Shown: positions 28,433 to 37,010 of the stretch, piece after piece
Layout of the letters: every line of letters starts with the position of its first letter
How positions within the stretch are numbered: the first letter of the stretch is position 1
Assembly (NCBI GenBank): GCA_963843145.1
Contig: CAWJJC010000020.1
Span: 128,001-192,000, forward strand
DNA from: an uncultured delta proteobacterium
GTDB taxonomy: Bacteria > Desulfobacterota > RBG-13-43-22
Direction: 5' to 3'
DNA length: 64,000 nt
Notes under the pieces: generated by a model
The model's database searches: none
Seen by the model: the letters and a program-made list of their open reading frames with translations, nothing else
Told to the model about the DNA's origin: nothing
Translations under genes and position numbers: made by a program

Positions 28433-29194
28433 ATGATCTTATTATTAGGCGGTACCAGTGAAACCGCATCCCTGGCCGAGGCCCTGGCCGAACAGGGCTT
28501 CTTGGTGCTGGTCTCCACCGCCACGGATATCCCCTTGGATATCGGGAACCATCCCGCCATTCGGAGAAGGACCGGCCTGCTCGATGAATCCCAACTCCTT
28601 CGACTCCTTCTTGATAAAAAAATTCGCGGGGTGGTGGACGCCACTCACCCCTATGCCGAGGCCATCGGTCCGCTGACCCGCAAGGTCGCCGGCCAATTAC
28701 AACTCCCTTATTTTCGCTGGCTTCGGCCGCCGGCCCTTTCCGGATCAAGCGAAATCCTGACTGCCGCCGACCATGGGGAAGCGGCCGCCCTGGCCTTTTC
28801 CTTCGGCGCTCCCGTCCTGCTGACCATCGGCTCCAAGAACCTGGAGCCTTATCTCCGGGAAAGTCGGAGGACCGGCCTCCCGGTCATCGCCCGCGTCTTG
28901 GACCATCCCGATTCCCGGTCCGCCTGCCAAAAACTCGGCCTTCCCCCGGAAGCGACTATCACGGGCAAGGGGCCTTTTTCGGCAGACGAAAATCGGTCAA
29001 CTATCCGGGATTTTCGAATTGGGGTCCTGGTGACCAAGGACAGCGGAAGGGCGGGAGGAGTGACAGAAAAGCTGGAAGCGGCCCGGATGGAAGGATGCCG
29101 GGTCATAGTAGTTCGCCGGCCGGAACCGCCGGGGGAATACTTTGATCAAATAGAAACCCTCATAAAAGTTCTGTTGGAGGCCTTAACGCCCTAA
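28433..29194 (+). CDS. cbiJ: Cobalt-precorrin-6A reductase
   Basis: MILLLGGTSE, VDATHPYA, LTIGSK, VTKDSG..GG..EK, VVRRP. Confidence 0.93.
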   Translation: MILLLGGTSETASLAEALAEQGFLVLVSTATDIPLDIGNHPAIRRRTGLLDESQLLRLLLDKKIRGVVDATHPYAEAIGPLTRKVAGQLQLPYFRWLRPPALSGSSEILTAADHGEAAALAFSFGAPVLLTIGSKNLEPYLRESRRTGLPVIARVLDHPDSRSACQKLGLPPEATITGKGPFSADENRSTIRDFRIGVLVTKDSGRAGGVTEKLEAARMEGCRVIVVRRPEPPGEYFDQIETLIKVLLEALTP

Positions 29195-29767
29195 CCCAAT
29201 ATTAACGCTCCTTTCTTAATAAATCCATATAGGACTACTTCTTGTAATGGTGTTTTTGAATTTTGGCCATCCCGGCATGAGAGATAGGAACCAGACATAG
29301 GTGGTGGAAAGATGGTGCATCGCTTAAGCCGAGGGAACCGGCTCGACGAAAACAGGGACGAGGGCAATAGACGCTCCGCAGGCCGTATAGGACGAAAACA
29401 GCTATGCAATAAAGGGGACAAATTCAAAATAGGGAACCTGGGTATCGTATCCAGGTCCTAGCTTTTTGCAGCCGGAACAAATAGGCTGACTGTACTGACG
29501 AGGATGAATTCAACCTCCAGTATAATTTGAGATCGATTTTTCATTAATCAGTTGGGTAAAAATGAATTCGAAATTTTCGAATGGAAATCGCTAAATCAAG
29601 CACATGACAAAGGAAAACATTTGTAGGTGTACATTGGTAATCGATGGATTCAGGGATACTTTAGAGAATTTCTTTTTTAACCTTCGCAATTCCTTCTTAG
29701 AATATCCCCTGAATGCCCGGTAAATTTATGGATTTCCGCTGCCGGAGCAGCAGATCCTAAAAACATA

Positions 29768-29796
29768 TTGACAACTCTCCAAATGAGTTGTACAAT
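29768..29796 (+). promoter_or_regulatory. Sigma70 promoter with an embedded palindromic operator
   Basis: TTGACA-17 nt-TACAAT; inverted repeat ACAACTC-N7-GAGTTGT at 29771-29791. Confidence 0.8.
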
Positions 29797-29803
29797 ATAA
29801 AGT

Positions 29804-30193
29804 ATGGAAATAGTATCTGATGCAAGCGCGTTTCTCGCTGTGGTCCTTGATGAGGTCGCCCGTAAATGGGTTATCGATAAAACATCCGGGGCGGCCCTTA
29901 TTTCGCCCGAGGTCCTCCCTTACGAAATCGCCAATGCACTGACCGCCATGAAGAAAAAAGGACGTTTAACGGATCGAGAAGCTCTTAAGGCCTTTAACCT
30001 CTCACAAAGCATCCCGGTAAAGCTTGCGCCAATAAGAATATATGATGCTTTGAAAATAGCCATTAAATTCAATATCTATGCGTACGACGCCTACTACGTG
30101 CAGTGTTGTCTTGAGACGAAGTTGCCCCTCATCAGCCTTGATAACCACATGTGCGAAGTGGCGAAAATTCTATCAATAAAGGTGGTGATGTAG
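29804..30193 (+). CDS. vapC: PIN-domain toxin
   Basis: VSDASAF, YEIANAL, IYAYDAYY, ISLD acidic PIN residues. Confidence 0.88.
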   Translation: MEIVSDASAFLAVVLDEVARKWVIDKTSGAALISPEVLPYEIANALTAMKKKGRLTDREALKAFNLSQSIPVKLAPIRIYDALKIAIKFNIYAYDAYYVQCCLETKLPLISLDNHMCEVAKILSIKVVM

Positions 30194-30197
30194 TCTC

Positions 30198-30422
30198 ATG
30201 AAAGTTTACACCTATTCTGAGGCCAGAGGAAAACTGTCGGCTATCCTCGAAGAATCTAAGTCTGAACAGGTCGTCATAAAGCGTCGTAGGGGGGATATGT
30301 ACGCCATTGTTCCCCAGACTGCCCGCCCTCGCCGTTCTCCCTTTGACGTACCCGGTTTGAATAAAAGCATCACCCGTCAGGAAATACTGGAAGCCATTGG
30401 CGAATCACGAGAGAGGGTGTAA
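30198..30422 (+). CDS. Phd/YefM family antitoxin
   Basis: MKVYTYSEARGKLSAILE...VVIKRRRG. Confidence 0.85.
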   Translation: MKVYTYSEARGKLSAILEESKSEQVVIKRRRGDMYAIVPQTARPRRSPFDVPGLNKSITRQEILEAIGESRERV

Positions 30423-30646
30423 GGTGTCGTTGCAGCCGATGTGTAAGCGCCCCTCTAAACCTCGTGTCAACTTTGCCAATTGTCCGATGGAATATCCCCT
30501 GAGCGGCCGTTCGATTTCTGAATTCGGTAAGTGCGTCTCAGTCGACAACCCTTTCTTCCACCCCCAACTGGACTTGCTTTGCTGATGGAACGCCCAGCCC
30601 TTGCCATCGAAGCCTATATTCCATCGCCTTGGTTGACGAGAGTCGG

Positions 30647-30848
30647 CGGGTGGGCTGTGGGCGGAGGGGGCACCATCCTTCGCTGGAACGGAAGCACCTG
30701 GCGCTCCATCCCCAGTCCCAGCACAAAAGAATTGAATGCCGTCGCCCTGGTATCGGCCAATGACGGCTGGATTGTCGGAAGTGAGGGAGTAATCTTGCGG
30801 ACCAGCGGTTCCGCTAATAAGTCATATCTCCCGTTAATCATCTATTAG
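30647..30848 (+). pseudogene. 3' fragment of a beta-propeller (YCF48/BNR-like) secreted protein gene
   Basis: GWAVGGGGTILRWNGSTW...LNAVALVSANDGWIVGSEGVILR...YLPLII; no credible 5' part. Confidence 0.6.
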
Positions 30849-31073
30849 GTCCAAATTGGCAACGGATTATCTCGGAATCGCCAGGCGAACGAAAGTCGTT
30901 GTGTCCATCCCCTCCCCGAACCATTGCCCACCAAGGACCAAATTCACCCTATTTACTATTTCCAAAATGGTGTATAATTACCTTATATAATTATAAACTC
31001 GGATCAATAAGTTAACCCATCTTCCCGTTTCGTCCTTATACCGAAAGGGAGCATCCTTATGGGAGATTTACGG

Positions 31074-31112
31074 AAACCCCAATTCTCGGAGGAGAAGCGG
31101 GGTTTTTTTATT
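31074..31112 (+). terminator. Intrinsic terminator in the leader of the cyclase gene
   Basis: AAACCCC AATTCTC...GAGAAG CGGGGTTT followed by a T tract. Confidence 0.6.
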
Positions 31113-31197
31113 GAGGTTTCAGCGAATGGCCAAAGCAACGAAGTGGTTTTTATTACAGCCAAAAATATTTCAAAACTTTTTGGCTAGGTTTTAAGAT

Positions 31198-34063
31198 ATG
31201 AAGCTTCAATCCAAAGCGTCCCTTTTTCTTTCCGCCCTCCTTCTGGCGGCCCTGCTCAGCCAGTGGGGGCTATTGTCTCACTTTTTAGATAAATCCCTGC
31301 GGGACAAAGCCGACCAGGAACTTATCCATGAAGCCGCCGGTGTGAGCAGCCGCCTCGATGCCTTTATTTTAGATTCCCAAACCGATATCATGAATCTGGC
31401 TCAACATATGGATACCCAGGCTTTGGTGGACGGCAAATGGGTTAAGATCCAAACCTATTTACAATCTGCTTTTTTCGCCAATTCCCGTTTTGATAACGGG
31501 TTTTTTATCCTGGACGCCCAAGGGGTTCTGGTCGTGGATTATCCAGTCTCAGATATCAGAGGGATCAACCTATCCTTTCGGGAATATTTTAAAAGGACTT
31601 TTTCCGAAAAAAAACCCATCATCTCTTCTCCTTATCAATCCAAACGGACCGGGGCGAATATTATTACCTTTACGGTCCCCCTCCTCTCGTATCAGGGTAA
31701 TTTTTTAGGGCTTTTAGCCGGATCGGTCAATCTCCTGCAAAGAAACTTTGCCGGAAGCATCCGAGACATCCAGATCGGTCAGGCCCGAAAGATCATGATC
31801 TATGATTCCAAAGGAAAATTACTCTACTATCCTGATCTCGACTTGACCTCCAAAGAAGGAGAACCTCCTTACGCGGATCCGCTGCTCAAGGGCCTCCCTC
31901 AGGGAAGTAAAGGGGTAATAGATCGTCAAGGCGCCAATAGGATGGAATATACTCTGGCCTTTCACCCCCTGCAAACCACCGATTGGATGGTGGCCGTCAT
32001 CATGCAGAAGAAGGAAATTCTTGCCCCCTTGAATAGCTTAAAAGAGGAGATTGCCCTATTTTTCCTAATAGCCTTGGTCGTGGGCGTAGGGGTCGGGATC
32101 TGGGTAATAAGAATAATTATCAAACCCATCAAGGCCTTTTCTAACAGCATTAAACAGTATCAGGGGGGGGTCTGGGAAGAACCCGCCGGTCTGATTTCAC
32201 GCCGGGATGAACTGGGTGATCTCGGCAAAAGTTTTCAAAGCATGGCCTCCCTGCTCGGCGAGACCTTAAGTTCCCTAACTGAGTCAGAGACGAAATACCG
32301 GGCACTGGTCCAGGGGTCCACGGTGGGGGTATTTTTGATCCAGGGTGGGCGATTCGTTTTTGTCAATCCCCGCTTTGCCGAGATCTTTGGTTATCGCCCG
32401 GAGGAGTTGGACCCCTCATTTCGATCCCCTGGAGCTGGTTGCCCCTCTGGAACGTGATCGGGTCCTCAAGATTATGACCCAACCCATACCGGAAAATCAG
32501 CACCTGGTCCACTTTTTCTGGCAGGGCCTTCGAAAGGATGGCTCTCTGATAGAAGTGGAAGTCCTGGGAACTCCTTTATCCTATCAAGGGAAACCAGCCA
32601 TACACGGCACCCTGGTAGACATCTCCGATCGCAAGCTTATGGAAAGTAAACTAGCGCGAATCAATCGGGTGCGGGAGGAATTGATTACTTCTAAAACCAA
32701 GGGGGAAAAGCTCAAAATAATCACCGAGGGCCTGGTTCAAATATTTGAGGCGGATTTTGCCCGAATCTGGACCGTTAAACCTGGGGATCGATGCTCTGAG
32801 TGTCTGCACGCCCAGGTGAAGGAAGGTCCCCCCGTTTGCCGAGAGAAGGAACAATGTCTTCACCTGCTGGCCAGTTCCGGGCGTTACACGCACACCGACG
32901 GTGAGGTTCATGGCCGGGTGCCTTTCGGACAATACATGATAGGACTTATAGCGTCAGGGAACATTCCCAAGTTTTTGACCAACGACGTACTCCATGAACC
33001 CCTTATTGAAAATCACGACTGGGCCAAAGAGCTGGGTCTGATTTCCTGCGCGGGATACCGGCTCCTGTCTAACGAGGGGGGATCGATCGGGGTATTGGCC
33101 CTTTTCAGCCGGCACATTATTTCGCCCTACGATGACATTCTGTTGGAAGGTCTGGCCAACAGTACCGCTCAGGTTATCCAGACCGCCAGGATAGAAGAGA
33201 AACTTAGAGAGGGTGAAGAGCGCTATCGGACGGCCATTGAACAATCCAATGACGGTGTTGCCCTGGTTAAAGAGGACCGGCACCTCTTTGTCAATCAAAG
33301 GCTGGTCGAAATTTTTGGTTATGACCGTCCGGAAGAAATCATCGGCCAACCGGTTGGTATGGTGGTCCATCCGGATGACCGCGAGCGGGTAATGGATATA
33401 ACCCGTCGAAGGCAAAAAGGGGAAGCGCTGCCTCAAAAATATGAATTTATAGGCCAACGGAAAAACGGTGAACCCATCCCTATTGAAGTCTCCGCCGCCA
33501 GGACGACTTATCAGGGAGCGCCCGTTGCCCTGGTCTATCTAAGGGATATCACTGACCGTAAGCAGGCCGAGGAGCTTCTCAGGGCCTTATCGATTAAAGA
33601 TGAGCTCACCGGCCTCTATAACCGCCGGGGGTTTCTTACCCTGGCCGAACAGGAGTTGAAAAGGGCCCAACGGAAGGGAACAGAGGTGCTGCTCATTTTT
33701 GGAGATTTGGACAATATGAAGGGAATTAATGATACCTTGGGCCATAAAGAAGGTGACCAGGCCTTGAAGGATATCTCACGGATCCTGATAGAAACCTTTC
33801 GGGAATCGGACATCATTGCCCGCTTGGGGGGGGATGAATTTGTCGTTTTGGCGATGAACGGCTTTGAGACCTCAGCCGAAATAATGATCAGCCGCTTCAA
33901 GAAAGTCCTGGATGACCATAATCGCCAAACCAAGAACTCCTATACCCTCTCCATGAGCCTGGGTCTGGCCTTTTTTGATCCCCAAAATCCTTGTTCCATC
34001 GAAGTCCTGCTGGCCGAGGCGGACAAGTTGATGTATGAGAACAAGCAAAAAAAGGGGCGATAG
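31198..34063 (+). CDS. Cache-HAMP-PAS-GAF-PAS-GGDEF diguanylate cyclase, apparent +1 frameshift at ~32409-32410
   Basis: TM-dCache (SFREYF)-TM-HAMP (RDELGDL) in 31198..32457; PAS, GAF, PAS, DELTGLYNRR, RESD I-site and GGDEF in 32345..34063; frames join at EEL|TPHFDPL. Confidence 0.88.
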
Positions 34064-34113
34064 TTTCCGCATTATTGACCTGATGGTGAGAACCTCGACT
34101 GGAGATTTGAGAA

Positions 34114-34389
34114 ATGAACGATAACAGTAAGCCCAAAGACCAACTGATCCAGGAGTTGGAAAATCTTCGCCGGCGGATTTGTATCGCGGCGATGACCTGG
34201 CGGTCATCGAGAGCGGCTGCTCCAAATTTCTAATCGAGGACCCGGCCGACGATAAAATGCCTGTTCCTGTCCGGCTACACCGCCGAGGTGATCACTCACC
34301 GGGGCATGCTGGACGAGGGTCTACAGTTCATCCCCAAGCCCTTCTCGATGAGCGACCTGGCGGTTAAAGTCAGAAAAGTGCTGGGATAA
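34114..34389 (+). pseudogene. Internally deleted hybrid sensor kinase remnant
   Basis: GGAG RBS + MNDNSKPKDQLIQELENLRRRI, then a receiver C-terminus KCLFLSGYTAEVITHRGMLDEGLQFIPKPFSMSDLAVKVRKVLG*. Confidence 0.75.
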
Positions 34390-34393
34390 AGAA

Positions 34394-36265
34394 TTAAATT
34401 AGAATCTTCGGATTGACCTTTTCCGACTTCCCCTTTTCCCAGGCCTTAGTAAACCGCTCTCGCTGTCCTTCAAAATACTCGCGGTTATCGGGGTCGCCCG
34501 CCAGGATTTTTTCCACAATCCCCAATGACAGGTCCGGCCGGCCGTTGGCCAGGTAGGCCTCGGCCAGGGTGTCCCAAATCGTGGGGTCGGGCTTCAGGGC
34601 CGCGGCCGCCTGGGCCAGGACCAGGGCCTTCTCGGGCTTAAAATACTTGGGATCCCGGCTGGTGGCGTACATCCAGGCCAGGTTATTCAGCACCAGGGGA
34701 TTCCGGGGCTCTTTTTTTAAGACTTTTTCGTAGGCCGCTTCGGCCTCGCCATAGCGCTTCTGCTCTTGGTAAATGAGGCCCAAGCCCGACAGGATCCGGG
34801 GGTCTTCCGGCCGGACCCGCAATTCCCTGGTCAGCAGCTTTTCCAGGATTTGGACCTCCCCCTGTCCCCCGGAAGTAAAAAGGCCGGGGGAGCGCCAGAC
34901 AGAGGCCCCCAAGCCGATCAGCAAGACCAGGTAGATCCCCACGGACCAATAGACTTTCTTCTGGTGCCGCGCGATGATTTGGGGCTCCCGGCTGCTTTTT
35001 TCCAGGAAATCCACCCGTTGCGCGATGCTGTAATGATGCCAACTGGGCAGATGACGGTCCTGGCCGGAGTACAACCCGATTTTTTCCAGGGAACCGACTA
35101 GGGGGTCGGGAGACCCTAAAAGCTGCAGCGCGTACAGGTCGGCCTGACGCTCGAAATTGCGCATAAAATAGCCGAAAAGAAAGCGGAAATAAAGGACCAG
35201 GAAAATGGCCAGGGGGATCATGGACAGCAGGGAAAAAAGTCCCTCGAAATGGGATTGCCAGTGCGTAAGCAGCTTCAGGATCTCCGGCTGGGTCAACAGG
35301 TGCTGGCTGACCCACTGATAAAAAAGCAGGGCCAGCAGGGCATAGCCTCCGAAAAAAAGGAGATAAAAAAACATATGCTGCTTGCGAATGTGGCCGATCT
35401 CGTGGGCCACCACCCCTTTCAGTTCTTCCGGAGTAAGCAGTTGGAGCAGAGACGGGGTAATCAGGAGGTAGCGAAACCTTTTGATTAAGCCCATGACCCC
35501 GGCGGTCAACATCTGACCTTCAAACACCCGCCAGAGCAGTATCTCCTGAAAGGGGGCACCCAGTTCCCGGCAGAAACGGCTGATTTCTTCTTTCTTAGGA
35601 CTCTCGGGAATAGGCCGGCACTGCCACCAGACCTTGATCAGATAGGGCAAAAATATAGACATCAGCAACAAAAAAACCAGAATATAGGAAATCTCGCCCA
35701 GCGGATGGTCCAGGAAGGTCCTGACTTTGGCCCCGCCGAACTTCTCCAGCACATCCGTCAGCGCGGTGATCAGGATCCAGGGAAAAAGGATGGGCAAATT
35801 AAACTCGAACTGGGACCAGACATAGGCGCCCTGACCCTGGGCGACATGAAAAAGCGTCCGGTAAGCCGGGAAGCCGTAATACCAGATCAGGGATAGGTGG
35901 CCCAGATAGACGGAAATCCCCAGCACTCCCTCCCAGAAGGAATACTGACGGGCCCCGGGAACCAACAGGATCAGGGATTTCAGGTTTAAAAAATAAACTT
36001 CCGTGCCGAAAAACAGCAGGGACAAAATCATGAACTGCTGCTGGGCCCGCTGGTAACGAATTTGAATCAGGGAAGGGTCGACCGCTTCACCTTGGGCCAG
36101 ACGCCCCAATTGTCTGAAACGACGGTGTACTTCAAAACCAAAGAACGCCCCCAGCAGGAGGATCCCCAAAGTGGACATCCACAATCCGGGGATCGTCAGC
36201 CGATCGGCTGTCCCCGTGTGAAAGATGAACAGGGCCAGCATGAAGTAGATAATATTAAGGAACAT
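34394..36265 (-). CDS. M48 family membrane metallopeptidase with C-terminal TPR
   Basis: HEIGH, FERQADLYA, multiple TM segments, LNNLAW TPR. Confidence 0.9.
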   Translation of the reverse strand: MFLNIIYFMLALFIFHTGTADRLTIPGLWMSTLGILLLGAFFGFEVHRRFRQLGRLAQGEAVDPSLIQIRYQRAQQQFMILSLLFFGTEVYFLNLKSLILLVPGARQYSFWEGVLGISVYLGHLSLIWYYGFPAYRTLFHVAQGQGAYVWSQFEFNLPILFPWILITALTDVLEKFGGAKVRTFLDHPLGEISYILVFLLLMSIFLPYLIKVWWQCRPIPESPKKEEISRFCRELGAPFQEILLWRVFEGQMLTAGVMGLIKRFRYLLITPSLLQLLTPEELKGVVAHEIGHIRKQHMFFYLLFFGGYALLALLFYQWVSQHLLTQPEILKLLTHWQSHFEGLFSLLSMIPLAIFLVLYFRFLFGYFMRNFERQADLYALQLLGSPDPLVGSLEKIGLYSGQDRHLPSWHHYSIAQRVDFLEKSSREPQIIARHQKKVYWSVGIYLVLLIGLGASVWRSPGLFTSGGQGEVQILEKLLTRELRVRPEDPRILSGLGLIYQEQKRYGEAEAAYEKVLKKEPRNPLVLNNLAWMYATSRDPKYFKPEKALVLAQAAAALKPDPTIWDTLAEAYLANGRPDLSLGIVEKILAGDPDNREYFEGQRERFTKAWEKGKSEKVNPKILI

Positions 36266-36303
36266 GGGCTAATCTCTTCCGTAAATATTTCAAATATTTT
36301 TGG

Positions 36304-36729
36304 CTAGATACTATGCCACATATAAATCAATAAAAAGAGGCCTATCGAGGTAATGGACAAGGTCAAGAGGATATCCAAAATTAAAGAGGGATGGTAGGTG
36401 TCGTCATCGATCTGCCTTTCGGTGTGCTTGTAGCGGATAAAAGCCAGGACCCCCATCAAGGCTCCCAGGGCAATCAACATCAGACCCAAAATGGAAGAAT
36501 ATCCCGGGGAGACCGCTAGCGGATGAGGGGATTTTGCACCATCCGAAGAGGCCTGTCCTAAAAAATAACCCATCTGCCTCACAAATAGTCCGAATTTTTC
36601 CACCACGAACCCGAAGGCCATAATGCCAATGCCGGTTCGAATCCAGGCCAGAAAGGTTCGTTCGTTGGCCATGTGAACACGCCGGTTTTGAACCCGAACT
36701 TGTTTTAGTTCGATATTTTTTTTAGTCAT
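36304..36729 (-). CDS. DUF202 (YidH-like) membrane protein
   Basis: HMANERTFLAWIRT. Confidence 0.9.
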   Translation of the reverse strand: MTKKNIELKQVRVQNRRVHMANERTFLAWIRTGIGIMAFGFVVEKFGLFVRQMGYFLGQASSDGAKSPHPLAVSPGYSSILGLMLIALGALMGVLAFIRYKHTERQIDDDTYHPSLILDILLTLSITSIGLFLLIYMWHSI

Positions 36730-36828
36730 CCCTTCTTTCTTCCTACTACTTCGATTTTCGTATTAACCCTCATGCCCCGCGGCGGGGCACCCGCGAAGCA
36801 GGTAACTAATGCTTGACCATTTAAAGAA

Positions 36829-36947
36829 CCGTCATTCCGGACAAGCGAAGCGCGATCCGGAATCCAGGCCTCAGTTAAGCCTCACAGGACCTGGATGCCC
36901 CCGGCTTACTACCTGCCGGGGCAGGCTTATCGGGTCCGGCATGACGG
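36829..36947. repeat. Composite REP-like element with a nested repeat
   Basis: CCGTCATTCCGGACAAGCGAAGCGCGATCCGGAATCCAGG...CCTGGATGCC[CCCGGCTTACTACCTGCCGGGGCAGGCTT]ATCGGGTCCGGCATGACGG. Confidence 0.7.
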
Positions 36948-37010
36948 CAAAAAACTGAGGCCTAAAAAGCAGTGATAGATTCTTATTTACATACAAACCC
37001 CCCAGGCGAA

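Noticed and set aside
29191-29427. 78-aa minus-strand ORF after cbiJ
   Set aside because: No RBS or recognisable motif; it lies in an AT-richer spacer and may be noise or a decayed gene.
36632-36650. tRNA T-arm-like GGTTCGAATCC
   Set aside because: It lies within the DUF202 coding sequence and no cloverleaf can be formed.
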